DNA of 64,000 bases from Schizochytrium sp. TIO01 (GCA_004764695.1 SMSO01000007.1:620001-684000); one strand, 5' to 3'; counted from the first letter of the stretch, positions 46,434 through 58,994 are shown. The notes: generated from the letters alone by a model not told the origin. A program made the numbers and translations.

Positions 46434-48005
46434 ATGGGCCTGGTATGGTCTTGCTATGAGGCAGCCGTCCACGTGGACGCAATCTTTATTGTATCTTCAC
46501 TTGCTAATCTAGCTGCTGGATATAACCTTGCCATTGCTGGACATACGCTCTATCTTCTTGAAAGCGAAGGCGAAGAACTTAGCGAAGTAGAGACCTCAAT
46601 GGTCGCATCTGCCGCTTTTGTTGGTGCTGTGATGGGCCAAATTGTGATGGGTTATATGGGCGAGCGTGTTGGTATTGTACGTGGATTAGTAATAACCTTT
46701 CTTATCTTGATCTGTGGATGCCTCATCGGTGCATTCCTGTGTTGGACTCCCAATTTATTGTTCAAGTTGGCTATCTCTCGATTCATTGTGGGATTTGGTG
46801 CTGGTGGTGTCTATCCCTTAGCTGCAATTGCCTCCTCCAATGATTCTTTAGCACGTGCGCGCCACCCGTCTAACTCAGGTGAAACAGCAACCGAGCATGC
46901 TAGCAGTAGTGGTGGTGATCGCTTTAGTGGACGGCGTGTCATGCTGACGTTCTCTTTCCAAGGTGTTGGCCAGCTCCTTGCACCTCTTTGGGTTCTAATG
47001 TTAGATTGGCTTTTGCCTCATGCCAAACCTCTTGCCTGGCGTGTGGCCCTACTAACAGGCTCAATTCCTGCCGGATTTGCTCTTGGACGCATGCGTCGCG
47101 TCCTTGAGCAAGTTGTCACCGGCTCTGATGATAACTACAGCGTAGACAGCGGAGATACCGGCGATGAACAAATGAGTGTTCATGAAGATGACGAGAATGT
47201 TCGGGTCATTCGCGATCATAATTTTGGGAGCCGTTGGTCGAGATCCAACTTGTATAAACTTTTGGGAACTGGAGGGACCTGGTTCTTGTTTGACGTACTT
47301 TTCTATGGTAATATTGTGTTTAGCCCTTTCATTCTAAACCTTGTCTTCCATGCCAGTGAAGCGGAGGTAGCAGGACTGACTACAATTGTAAGCGCTATTG
47401 CGCTTCCGGGTTTATACCTAGCAAGTTACTATTCAGATCGTTTGGGTCGAAAGCAAATGCAAGTGTTTGGTTTTGCAATGCTGACGGTCCTTTTCCTAGC
47501 CCTCGCAGGTTTACTTAATATGGGTGAATCTAGTGCCAAGCCTTTTATCTTTGTTTTGTACTGCGCAACATTTTTCTTCTACAACTTTGGCCCAAATGCA
47601 ACCACTTTTTGTCTTCCAGCAGAGACATTTGACCCTGAGGTTCGTTCATTTTTTCATGGTTTGTCAGCAGCCATGGGTAAAGCGGGTGCTTTTTTGGGTG
47701 CCTTATTTTTCAAGTTTGTTATGGATACGACCTCACTTACATTCGTGATGCTATGCTCTTCTGCTGTTGCAGCAATTGCGATTGCTCTCACTATTGCATG
47801 TGTGAATGTTCGTCGCCCAGCCTTTGAAGAAGCCAGTACCAGGCCGAGCGGCATGGAAGCTGAGCTTCCGGTACGAATTCCTGCCCAGGATGATAGCCAT
47901 TCTCAGAGTGATCGACCAGATATTGAATATGTGGATCTTGATAGCACACACCGTAGACGCACACTTGATCGCCATAGCACCAGCGAAGACCTGTTGCACA
48001 TTTAA
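46434..48005 (+). CDS. MFS phosphate:H+ symporter family transporter (PHO84/PHT1-like), 523 aa
   Basis: Multiple hydrophobic helices. Motifs RFIVGFGAGGVYPLAA, FSFQGVG, LLGTGGTWFLFDVLFYG, FFYNFGPNATTFCLPAETF, HGLSAAMGKAGA. Confidence 0.9.
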   Translation: MGLVWSCYEAAVHVDAIFIVSSLANLAAGYNLAIAGHTLYLLESEGEELSEVETSMVASAAFVGAVMGQIVMGYMGERVGIVRGLVITFLILICGCLIGAFLCWTPNLLFKLAISRFIVGFGAGGVYPLAAIASSNDSLARARHPSNSGETATEHASSSGGDRFSGRRVMLTFSFQGVGQLLAPLWVLMLDWLLPHAKPLAWRVALLTGSIPAGFALGRMRRVLEQVVTGSDDNYSVDSGDTGDEQMSVHEDDENVRVIRDHNFGSRWSRSNLYKLLGTGGTWFLFDVLFYGNIVFSPFILNLVFHASEAEVAGLTTIVSAIALPGLYLASYYSDRLGRKQMQVFGFAMLTVLFLALAGLLNMGESSAKPFIFVLYCATFFFYNFGPNATTFCLPAETFDPEVRSFFHGLSAAMGKAGAFLGALFFKFVMDTTSLTFVMLCSSAVAAIAIALTIACVNVRRPAFEEASTRPSGMEAELPVRIPAQDDSHSQSDRPDIEYVDLDSTHRRRTLDRHSTSEDLLHI

Positions 48006-48742
48006 TGACCGTGCCAAAATTCAACTTTGCATCATGTTGTATTATTTCTGCTGCATGCCTGCATCATGCTCATCTTAGTCATATGTCACAACAGTTAGGA
48101 GCTGTTTCTTCACACCACTTTCTTCTGTTTTGTTGAGCCTGAAATTCCGTGTTCTCAACCACATTCCAAAAGGAGAAATTTGATAGCATATCTGGCAGAC
48201 AAAACTATGTAAGAGCTATCCCAGGTATAATATTATTTTAGGTAGTCAAATTATCACAAAAACTTAAAGTTCATCAATTAAAGGATAATCTCCATTTTCG
48301 AGAGGCATATATTAGACTTAATAGTTAAGTACATAAGATTTACCTCTTGTGTATTGACATTGCCTATAAATAATTAAAAGTTTGTATAATGTATGTCCCT
48401 TAGTAGAAACAAAAAAATAGACAATGCTACCTACCTCTAGATAGGAACAATTTGTCTCAAAAGTCTTTAGTGCTATTATTAGTTTTTCTATCACTGACAG
48501 AAAAACCGAACCTGTGAAGTAAAGATTCTCATAAAGTAAGTATATAGCGAATCTAAAATTTTCTAATCGCACCTGTGACACTTTCCTTTTGTCAAATGAC
48601 ATCACTTGTGAAGAGAATTTCTACACTCATAGAAATTATGATGAGAGCGCGAAGACATGAAGAGTTCTTTGCGCCTTTGGGATTTAGAGGCCAACCCAGC
48701 ATAAAGTTACGGCACCTAGTTATGAGATTTACATGTACACAT

Positions 48743-51700
48743 CTAAGACCTCACTGATTCTTGGAGGGAAGAGAGCTCCACCCTGCACTGCTCATGAGCA
48801 GAGCCTTTTGGTAAACCTGCAAGAGCTAACCGATAATGGCGAATGGCCAACTCCCGTGTGAGGCGGCGATTTGTTGCCCCAAGGGCCGCAAGAGACGCAT
48901 CTGTAGACTGGCCTGCAACCCACGCAAACTGAGCGCCCAAGTGATAATGTACAGCAGCAGCTTTTTCATATGCAACAGGATGTGTCTGCTGGAGATTTTC
49001 GTATCTAGATAGCGCATTCCGGAGTCGCATTACTGATTCTTGAGCACAATGCACTGCAAACCGCCTTCCAAGAAGTCCAAGTGCATCGATGTTTCCCAGA
49101 CAGTACTTACGAGCCCAAACCCCTCGAATCATATCATTCATAGCAAGCTCAAGCTCGATAGCAGCGTTTCCTGCAGCTAACTGGCGTGCTTGTTGGAGAT
49201 ACTCTGTGCCCTTCTGAATGAACGATTCTTGCTCTTTGAGCCGATCTGCGCAGCGATGCACTTGTACATCTTCAAGTGTAGCGCTTCCATCTGAAAATTT
49301 TGATGACAAACTTCCCTCCTCAGGTTTCTGTGCTTGAGCCAACCCGAGGCTCCGAAAGAGGTGATTTAGATTAAGTAGCAAAGCAATAGCGTTCCCGCGG
49401 GCATTTGACTGAGCAAATCTTTCTACACCTGCTTCGAAGGCGTCCTTCGCAGCTTCCCAGGCCTGAACTTGCAAAAGAAGCTTTCCAAGTTCATTACAAG
49501 TGTTGCCGAGCTTCCAGTCTGTTTCCTGAAGTAATACAGAGTCTCCTTCTGACTCGGCGTGAGCAGCCATGTATACAAGTACAGCTGCTCGTACCAACAG
49601 TTCTGCTGCACAAATATTCAGAGAATGTTCTTCAGTATGGAGTGCAGGCGCACTAAAAACTTGGGCGGGAGTTGCCTCCAAAGCTGAACGAGCTCTGTCA
49701 CGTAGGCGCACGCATGCAAGAACATCGTTGCGAAGATTATTTGAGTATTCTACCCACTGGATTGTTGATCGAGGACCGGGCCCTCGATTTGAGCTTCGTA
49801 AGGCACGCTTGCTCAAGTCCATCAGGATATCTCCTAGGAAAGAAAAACCCTGTACAATATCTGCTGATGTGTGCGTTGAAACCCAATTAGGGAACCACCG
49901 GTCAAATGTGTCTTTTCCTGAAAGTCCTTGAGCAAGGGTACGAATAGCCTCTTCGCTCTTGCCTAAAGACAAGTGAGCACGGGCAGCAACGAGGTAGCAA
50001 CCAAAGACAGTCTCTTGTAGTTTTGCGCAGAGGTCTTTCATAGACTGCTTCATACTTTCATTTGGTAGTGACTCTGTGTCAGGGTAAGCAGCAAGGTGTG
50101 CAGCAGCTTTATGCCAGTGTTGCACTGCGGCTCGAATGATATGGACAACTCCTCGGTCAGGAGAATGATCAGAAGCTTGAGAGCTATCTCGCCTCCATGC
50201 ACGCTCTCGTGCACTCTGCTGGGCAAAAGGAACCTCATCTAAATACGTGTGGGCGACTTTATCATGAAGTGATGCTTGAAGAATATCTCTAGAAGGCCCG
50301 CCAGCCGTGGATATCTCTTCAAGAACTTCAATGCTTTTAATGAGGAGTTCTCTCTCACGCTGAAGGAGAAAGAGGTATCTGGCATGCGAAGCTTCGTCAT
50401 TAGTGGCATTGCTGTTCTCTTCAGAGGCGTTGTCACGGGAAGATGTTGACCTATCACTAGCAGTGGAGTTTGATGAATCTGCAACACCACCATAGGAAGG
50501 CGCAGTCGCAGATGAAGCACCAAAATTGAAACTAGCGTTTCCAGCACCACGGCGTTTTCGTTGTGCTTTTGGTTTGGACGGTGTCTTGTTGTTAGATCCA
50601 CAAGCGCTAGAGTTAGTGTTGCTGTTGCTACTACTATTTTTGTTGTAACTATTAGCGCTGTTCCTTTGGGTACCTGTCGATGCTGCTTGTCCAGCTTTGC
50701 TTCCGATATTAGTAGCTGGGCTTGGTTGAGAAGGCCTCTTGGTGGCGAAAAGAGAAGGTGGCGTAACATTTAGTTTTCGGCGCTTTTGAGCGTAACTCAA
50801 GGCCATACGGCACGAAAGCATGGCCATGGAATACATCCAATTCGAAGAGGCTGGTTGGCACAAGTGAACTTGGCTACTGTTCGCATTTTTGAAAAGCCAA
50901 TAAGTATGTCCATCGACAAGACGCTCTCTCAGAAATGCTAATAGTTGTGCAGCTCGGTGCTCGAGAACTTGTGGAGAGAAAGCGCAGGCAAGTTTCCTAT
51001 TATCTTCAAAAAGGACATGATGACCTTCAAGACGAGGAATGTCCTCTGTAGGATACAGCCGCCAATCGCGAACACGCCCATGTGTATGCAGACATAATGC
51101 AAACTGCTGGACACCAGCAAGGCGGTTCTCAAGATAGAAATCCAGGCACTCATTGCCACTCAGACGTTCAGAGGCATCATGCAAACGGACAGAGAGGTTA
51201 CCACTTTCGGATTCTGGATCTTGAAAAACCATTAGTTTGCTACCAACCACTACTTCAACATTGTCAAATTTCCAGCTCAGAGTACGCCTAAATGCATTCC
51301 ATGCTGACGAGTGAGATGAGCTTGAGTTATTTCCTGATGAGCTGGATCGCGAGGGATCTCCTTCCTGCGTTCCTGATCCTGACTCAGGCATGGGAGATTC
51401 AAGAGGTGGCAGAGGGGGTGCAACATTGTTGCCAGGTTGCTCTTGTTCTTGTTTTTTCATTGTCGACATAGAAGAGGTAGAACATGAACTGGTACCAGGG
51501 GGCGAGCTAGAAGGATGCAGCATAAAGGACGCCTTCTCGTCATTTTTAACATTGGGAGCATTCACGGGTTGCTTCTTGTTAGATTGTGGTGCGGAGACTG
51601 AGGCAGTTCCATCCAGGCCTTCTGCATGCAGATTTGCATGCTCTGACTGGTCTTCGTGAGAGATAGATTGGACCTCGAGCAGCCTTTCGTGAAGAAGTGC

Positions 51701-52825
51701 TTCCATTTTTTCTCGGTGTGTCAATGGCCTTTGGTTACGAGGAGAGTCACGGTCATCGCGCGGCATAGGAGAATGTTCTGTATCTTCGTGGACCAAGAAT
51801 TGCAGTGAGGTGCTGCTAGGACGAAGTTGCGCTGCCTCTCGAGTTGACATCTCTTCGCCAGACTCAACTAAAATTGCTCGTCCTACGCGATGAATAAAAA
51901 CAGAAACAGGCTGATCTGTGTACGGCATCGAGAAAAGTGCTTTCAGGGACTGTGAAGAGCCAATAACATCAGGCACTCTGCCTTTATCAAAAGCGCTATC
52001 AAGCAATGACAGAACTTCGGCATTTGCGTCAACGTTTGCGGATCCGTCATGCTGCCAAAGTCCAGCCCAAGCGGGGGGGTCTTGAGGAAGTCCTGCTGTC
52101 GCCCAATTGTTGCTCGATTCAGATGAGGAATATCTTCGCACGCGAAGATCGGTATCTAGATCTAAACGCTCGAAATGGAAAAGTTGAACAGTAGAAAGAA
52201 CTCGCTGCTCATTGTTAGCCTGCCGGACCCAGGGATCAAATGACAACTTTTGAAGCGATACTGCAGCGGCAATCGTTGAATTCGGTGCTGTACTGTTACG
52301 AAGTTTATGTGGAGAAGTCTCTGGATTAGCCGTTGACTGTTTGATATATGCTCTTTGAGATTGGTATAGTTTGGCATAGTCGTGTTGCTTGGCCACAACA
52401 GCGTTCTTTGAAGAGTGAAGACATTCGGTTTCCTGAGATTCTGATTGTTTGCTGTTACCATCACTGTTGCAAATAGTATTGTTACTACCCCCTTTGTTCT
52501 GGTGATTTTTGGTGGAGGAATCATCGGAGGGTATTGTTGATTCTATCTCACTCGCGTTGGACTGTGCTGCGTAGTTTGGTTTGTGGGTTTGTTGTGATAC
52601 GGCTTCTGCCCAGGACCGTGTTGCTGCTGTTGTTGCTGTTGAAGTTTCTAAAGTTGCTGATGTTTTCGAAGTCGCTGTAATTACTCTTGAGTTAGACTCT
52701 AACCCTCCTGATGCTCCTGACGCACTTGGTTGTCCCGATACTAAAGCTTCTTTGATAGCAGGTTGATGCCTTGGGCTTTCTTGCCCTTTGCCGTCGCTTC
52801 TTCTGGTACCATCTTTTCGTAACAT
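48743..52825 (-). CDS. EDRF1: Erythroid differentiation-related factor 1 (EDRF1)-like protein, ~1360 aa, with TPR-like C-terminus
   Basis: Motifs LKALFSMPY...VSVFIHRVGRAILVE, WKFDNVEVVVGSKLMVF, LSVRLHD, CLDFYLENRLAGV, TEDIP, DGHTYWLFK match the EDRF1 N-terminal domain as recalled. First ATG at 52825; the true 5' end is uncertain. Confidence 0.82.
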   Translation of the reverse strand: MLRKDGTRRSDGKGQESPRHQPAIKEALVSGQPSASGASGGLESNSRVITATSKTSATLETSTATTAATRSWAEAVSQQTHKPNYAAQSNASEIESTIPSDDSSTKNHQNKGGSNNTICNSDGNSKQSESQETECLHSSKNAVVAKQHDYAKLYQSQRAYIKQSTANPETSPHKLRNSTAPNSTIAAAVSLQKLSFDPWVRQANNEQRVLSTVQLFHFERLDLDTDLRVRRYSSSESSNNWATAGLPQDPPAWAGLWQHDGSANVDANAEVLSLLDSAFDKGRVPDVIGSSQSLKALFSMPYTDQPVSVFIHRVGRAILVESGEEMSTREAAQLRPSSTSLQFLVHEDTEHSPMPRDDRDSPRNQRPLTHREKMEALLHERLLEVQSISHEDQSEHANLHAEGLDGTASVSAPQSNKKQPVNAPNVKNDEKASFMLHPSSSPPGTSSCSTSSMSTMKKQEQEQPGNNVAPPLPPLESPMPESGSGTQEGDPSRSSSSGNNSSSSHSSAWNAFRRTLSWKFDNVEVVVGSKLMVFQDPESESGNLSVRLHDASERLSGNECLDFYLENRLAGVQQFALCLHTHGRVRDWRLYPTEDIPRLEGHHVLFEDNRKLACAFSPQVLEHRAAQLLAFLRERLVDGHTYWLFKNANSSQVHLCQPASSNWMYSMAMLSCRMALSYAQKRRKLNVTPPSLFATKRPSQPSPATNIGSKAGQAASTGTQRNSANSYNKNSSSNSNTNSSACGSNNKTPSKPKAQRKRRGAGNASFNFGASSATAPSYGGVADSSNSTASDRSTSSRDNASEENSNATNDEASHARYLFLLQRERELLIKSIEVLEEISTAGGPSRDILQASLHDKVAHTYLDEVPFAQQSARERAWRRDSSQASDHSPDRGVVHIIRAAVQHWHKAAAHLAAYPDTESLPNESMKQSMKDLCAKLQETVFGCYLVAARAHLSLGKSEEAIRTLAQGLSGKDTFDRWFPNWVSTHTSADIVQGFSFLGDILMDLSKRALRSSNRGPGPRSTIQWVEYSNNLRNDVLACVRLRDRARSALEATPAQVFSAPALHTEEHSLNICAAELLVRAAVLVYMAAHAESEGDSVLLQETDWKLGNTCNELGKLLLQVQAWEAAKDAFEAGVERFAQSNARGNAIALLLNLNHLFRSLGLAQAQKPEEGSLSSKFSDGSATLEDVQVHRCADRLKEQESFIQKGTEYLQQARQLAAGNAAIELELAMNDMIRGVWARKYCLGNIDALGLLGRRFAVHCAQESVMRLRNALSRYENLQQTHPVAYEKAAAVHYHLGAQFAWVAGQSTDASLAALGATNRRLTRELAIRHYRLALAGLPKGSAHEQCRVELSSLQESVRS

Positions 52826-55800
52826 CACGGCTTCGTATTTGCTAACATGCGTCTTTGTCGCCTTAAGTTTTGGCTCCTGGTCTTTCCCCCCTCGATTCTT
52901 CTCGCCGTTTTCCCCTCTTTAACTCTTGCCCTATCGTATTCGTCTCCTACGCTCTGCTTTGTGACGCACCGCCAAAGAGCACCCAACTTGAGAAGGAAAG
53001 AACTTTATAGTATCTAGCCCTAATACTGAGAAAGAGAGAACCCAACGACGAGGAGGAGTTCTCGAAGAATCGTTGATTGAGTCAGATCGGTGAGTTCTTA
53101 TACAGTTGAGTTGGTAAAGTTAGGTACCTAGTGCCGTAGCTTAACGAACGTACCAATGGCGGCTAGGCGCTTGCGAGTAGCTTGATCATCCATACTCGGA
53201 CTCAAGCGTGCGATCTCCAGTAATAACGCAAGCTGTGTACGGAAAATAACTCTAAATTGACCTAGCAGGTAGCCAACCACTTGAGCACCTTTAGAATCAT
53301 GATGATTTAAAGCAAAATACTTGGCAATCTAAGTATACTCGCCTACAACGATGCTGGCAAACCACAATACTCTAGAAGAACCAAAGGATGTAAAGGGTCT
53401 AATTATTTTAGACTGTTTTATACTAGTTTAGTCCATAAATACGTTGTTGGCCAGATATGCTGAAACGCGCTGCTCAAAACATATGTCCAATTCTTTTACT
53501 TATGTAGTGACTCAGGTTAGAGTACAGTTCTCATGCTGAAAAGAAAATCGAAGCCAGAATAAGATCTATTTTACTTTATTTTCTGAGTGGAATTGCAAAT
53601 GCCCAAAGAGAAATAGAAGTTTGCGTTTTGTTTATACTATTTGTTGAAGCGCCTTTCACTAAGATAAATCTGCATCATATCAATCGTTGCTAGCTAGCAC
53701 TTAGAGGAAGTGTGCAACTATGCAAGGATTAGTAGTAGCTAGTGGTGACTTTCACTCGGTAGATTGCTCTTCACTGAAGTTCCCACGAATTCTGAAATGG
53801 CGTTTGGATGCATGGAATTTTTCTTCATGTATTGTTTATAGAAACGCTACACATTTCAGTCCAGATTCAACAAACCAAATGATGGGGTTTGGGTACTTAG
53901 CAAACCCAGCAGATGAGAAAGGACTTCGGAACACTTAGGCAAGCGGAAATATGTACCAAGAGTTTTTATCAGCCAAAGCAGCTATACCATAATTATAATC
54001 ATATGAGGATCACATACCTAAGTATATTTACGGTTATAATTACTTCGCACCAAGTTAAGTTCATCCAGATTAACATTTCAAGAATCAATGTTTTTTTTGT
54101 TTTTTTTGTAAACTGAGAGTAAAAAACAAGCATGCTTGATTTAAGGTATTCCTGTCATTAGAAGTAAACCTTGGAGGCTAGGTTGATTGGTGTTGGTGTA
54201 GTCCTGAGAATTTGGAATGAGCTTGTCCTAGCAATTTCAAAATCTCTTAGTTGCTCTGAAATTCACAAAACGCTTGCCAGATTTCCAAGATGGAGCCGTG
54301 GTCACAAACCTCTAGACCAACTAGTAAAAGTGTTGTATTGCCCGAAACGGAAGTGAAGCGCGTTGCAAATATCAAGAGATACTACATTTAGAAATTTTCA
54401 ACTATACAACTTGCAAAATCGCACTTTCTATTGGGTGGCATTTATGAAACTGGATAATTAAGTCTGTATTCAAGAGTCTCCTTGATGCTTGCTTGACCAG
54501 CTTCCCAGAGTCTTGAGTAGAATGAACTTCGTTTTGAAAAGTATAACAGCAAAGCAGTACTGAAACTGATGATACTTACCTTTACTATCTTTACTTTGTG
54601 GGCTGTGACGTCCCTTTCCCATGTCGCACTATATAGGTGACTTATGATAACCTTTGATCCAAGTCTTTCAAATGGAGTATAGAATGGGGGAATTCCGGGT
54701 ATTTAACTTTCCTTTGATATTGAAAGAAGCCCAAACAATTATATTTTGTTTGAGCATAAGTAAATTGAAGAATTCAAAACATATCATGGTAATAGTAAGC
54801 AGATATCTATCTACCTAGTGCACCTAGGTAGTTACTTTCATGATGTGGGGTTAGAAGCATGCATATATACCTACTAAGGAGAGAATAAATTAAAACTATG
54901 CACCAAGATAATTATTTTAGCTTGAGATTTTTCCACAAGTTAGAAAAATAAGTATAAAATTGAATGAGTTCCCTTTGACTAGCGAGAGTCAATTGGTAAC
55001 TTTCATTTCGTGCTAGAATGGTATTTTCAGTGCCTGAAAAGCCCCATGTGCTTCACGAGCAAAGGAAAGTGTTCCAAGATGACCTAATCAGAAACACGCT
55101 GGTTTCTCATCACCTTGCTCGAATGTATCAAATACGAATTCGGGTATTTTAACGAAATGTCAAATAGAATGTGGTTCTTTGCTACAGCAGAGTCCTTTGC
55201 AAGAATAGTGTTTTGTATGACAATACCTGTTTTAGAAAACAAGTTTTCATGTTTAGACTATTTGAATACGGGTTACTGTGTTTTGAAACAACATTTTTTT
55301 TACAACTCTGGAAGCTATCCGAGTCCATCTTTGCAAAGGGGCTTATTGTTCGGGTTGTCGAATCGAACCTAGAGCAAGACTTATAAATCTCGAAACTGTG
55401 CTATAGCTTTAACTGTAGGATGACCTTTATCTTTTCGGTTTGCCATCCCTGTAATACGTATCGGGTAGGTACTACTAGCAGCTACATAGAGCATAATAAG
55501 GAGTTCTCCTTTCCTTCTATTACTTATTACTAGCCTAGTACCTGTTTAATTATTGTGTATTATTTGTTTTGTTATTATTGTGTTTTTTTTTAATATATAT
55601 ATATTTTTTTAAGTCCTAACTACTGTTAGATTAGAGACGCGTGGTAAGAAAGAAGAAACGTCATCAGTGTCGTCAGCCATGGGTCCTCAAAAAGGAAGAG
55701 AAAGTGCACCAGGTGTGCTTTTTTTCAGACCTACGTTTGCGCGGAAACCAATTCTAACTTCGAACTCAGCGACGATGATCATCGTCCATCACGATGGGCA

Positions 55801-56776
55801 ATCAATCGGATTTGGTTGTGATGAATGGCGCGATGAAAGAGCGAGAGATTATTGCTGGTACCAGGAGATGTTCTCGTCTTGACAGGCATCAGACGTGCAT
55901 ATTCGCGTGCTGCACCCGCTTCTCTAGAAGACCACTATGGTACGGCACAAGACTTGGTTGGTCCGTGTCTTCAGTGTGGATTCGGAGCTCTCGACTCTTA
56001 TGTTGAGTTCGACTCACTCTCAGTATTCAGAGGCTCAGTTTATGAATTCTTTAACTCAGGTAAAACAAAACATAAGTACACTAATACAAAAATAGAAAAT
56101 AATAGTAATCAACATTGCACATCACCATGTGTAATTGTAGTATCAGCTTATAGCAGCACTGGCGAGTCAACCCATCAAGGTTAAACATGCGTTACGAGCC
56201 TCTTGATACAGAAGGCTAAACACGACTTTTGAAAATGCCAGTACCAACGCTCTGCAGTTTTCAAGCGACGTTGTTGTACTGAGTTAAAATCTTTAACTTG
56301 GGTGAAAAACTCAAGTCAAATCAATCGCTCAGTACACTAATAAATAAACTGTGACAAGCACATTAGATTTGTTGTGGAATGATTGATTAATTATTTATCT
56401 ATATACAGTGACCATAATTTTTTATTTTTAAATTATTTTATTTTTCAAACTCAAACATGTAAGACCGTAGAAAGAACATCAGCGACATCCATCCGTCAAG
56501 GTGATACTAAATTGTAAAGGGTGAAGAGAACACTTCAAGCTGGATTCGAACGACCACGCACCAAAGCGTCACCCCCGCGGACTTGGTGCTCGCGATTCAC
56601 ATGTAGGACGTGTATGTGATTTATTTCATCTTTAATGCTAGACTGGTGGCTGTGTGAACTAGCCCAAAAAGCTAGATGGTTTTATTTCATCCCATTACTC
56701 TTTCAACTTTTAGTAGCCAATCGATGCGCAATGTCGAAAACAAAAGAACCAACCATATACCACTCGCACATATACG

Positions 56777-56943
56777 CATACATACATACATACATACATA
56801 CATACATACATACATACATACATACATACATACATACATACATACATACATACATACATACATACATACATACATACATACATACATACATACATACATA
56901 CATACATACATACATACATACATACATACATACATACATACAT
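56777..56943. repeat. (CATA)n microsatellite, ~41 units
   Basis: Perfect 167-bp array. Confidence 0.98.
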
Positions 56944-58994
56944 GGCACGATGATTCACTTTGTGCTACTGCGTACCTGTGTCGTGGACTCGTTGTGGCCC
57001 ATTCTCAACCTGCCCATAGCCACCCTACTTCATTTGGGCCTTTTCTCCTATCACCTCCAAAGTCCAAAGTTATTTTTTATTCGTATTCTCTTTTTCTTTT
57101 TTTCTTTTCTTTTTTTTAAATGTAAAGTAAATGAATAAATAACTAATAAATAACAAAAAAGCATATCGTCGGTGATGACGATTATGGAGAAATAAGACCG
57201 CACTAATAAGTAGGAAGTCATGATACTACGAGCGGAAGAGCATCCGCATCCTGTGGTGACGATGTTATTTAATGTTGCTTCTTGTTCGTATTGCAGATCA
57301 ACAACTCCACGTAGCTAGCTAGAGACTTAACATGTGCAACGCTTCAACATGTGCAATGCTCCAACAGAATCGTTGCACATTGAGTAATAACTCAGCAAGG
57401 CGGCGCTTGCTTGACCGACTTCTATATACCTAAGTGCTAAACGTTGTCTATTTCTGTGACGAAACCTTCCTTTTTACAGGCCTGATTTATTTGCGACCAC
57501 GAACTTATGAACTTGTGGATTGTATCTGGACTAAGTGTACGTTTCTCAGGTGCTTACTCTCTTGTGACGTTAACCATGTTAACAAACCTGTGTGAATCTG
57601 CGGCCTTTGGACTACAAGTTAGATGTCTTGATGTTTGTTTTTTGTTTGTTTTTTACCATGATCCAACTGCTAAGCCTACCGATACATAATATAGAAGAAA
57701 ATAGGTAGATAGAAACCATTCCCGGCTACAGCGATGTGCAAAGCAGTACTAGTAGGTAACTTCAAAACCTCATAACATAGGTCTTGTTTCGCTCTGGCTT
57801 TCGAAACTAGTACGCAAAAACAGGAACTCCTACTCAATAAAGTTTGCAATATCGAAAACAAGTCCCCTACCAAGCCTCTTCAAGCGCCGCGATGCCCAAA
57901 GCAACGCAGCAGAAAACATTTTTCCTAGAAAGAACATGATTTCTCTCAATAACCAGTGGGACTCACAGTGTAAGTAAGCCCCAATTACTATTTGGATAGG
58001 TAGGTATGCACCTAGTACGAATTAAGGAAAATAGGTCGATAATAGAAAAGAGCACACTGAGAATCGCCACTCTCAGTAGTCGAAGGTAATATAATTGTTT
58101 TGGCTTGAGTTTTTAGAATCGTCACGGCATCGACGTGTTATACTACTAGTCTTAGTTAGGTAACAAGGTTGGTATATCAGAGTCGCCGTGGGAAAGAAAA
58201 CATAGAACATGAAAGTAAAGTTAATAAATTAAAAAACTGCATGTTTGGTTTTAATAGCAATCTCGGTCTGTGAGTGGTAGTAACTTTCATCTATTATTAG
58301 TGGACGGAAAATAAAGATGAAAATGAAAATTATATAGATATAGATATAGATAGATAAATATTTTTTTTCAAGTGGAAATGAAAAACAATATTCAATTCAA
58401 CTAATTAATTACACATGGCAGAACTTCAACCAAACAAACCCGAATTGCAAGCCGCCGACGCCGCGTGAGGTGCGAAAGAACGTGACTGAGGCAGAACTCA
58501 CAACTCAGCTAACTAGCTAGCTCGGCAAGCTCTTTTGCAGCTGGGAGTCTCCAATCGCAAATACAGGAGAGTACGCTACTGATCTGCCTGAAGGAATAGG
58601 TCGCGACGTGACGCAGGTGCTTCAAACAGAACCTCGCTCACTCATTCTTCTTCCCTTCTCCTCTCTTTTCTCTTTTTTTTTTTCTTTTACCCTGTGGCCG
58701 GCTCGATCAGCACTTAGGCGGTGCTAGTTCTGAGTCTTTGGAGTAGTCATACCAAAGAACTAGTGTGAGCTCAGACAAGTGTCTGGTTAAATACAGCATT
58801 ATCGAAGACGCCCCGTGCCTTCTCGAGAGTTGGTACTGTCACTTGCTGTAGAACCCAAGTTCAAAAACCACACAGGTAAACCTAAAACGTTGTCCTAGCT
58901 TTTTAGATCTCCAAGTCAACCTTTGCAGGCTTTCAAAATACAGACAACTCAAGCTTCTCCCTAAATTGTTTTCTGAGTTCTTCAAATTAGCAAG

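Noticed and set aside
56635-57138. HTYI/MYVC-repeat ORFs on both strands
   Set aside because: Artefacts of the stop-free (CATA)n array.
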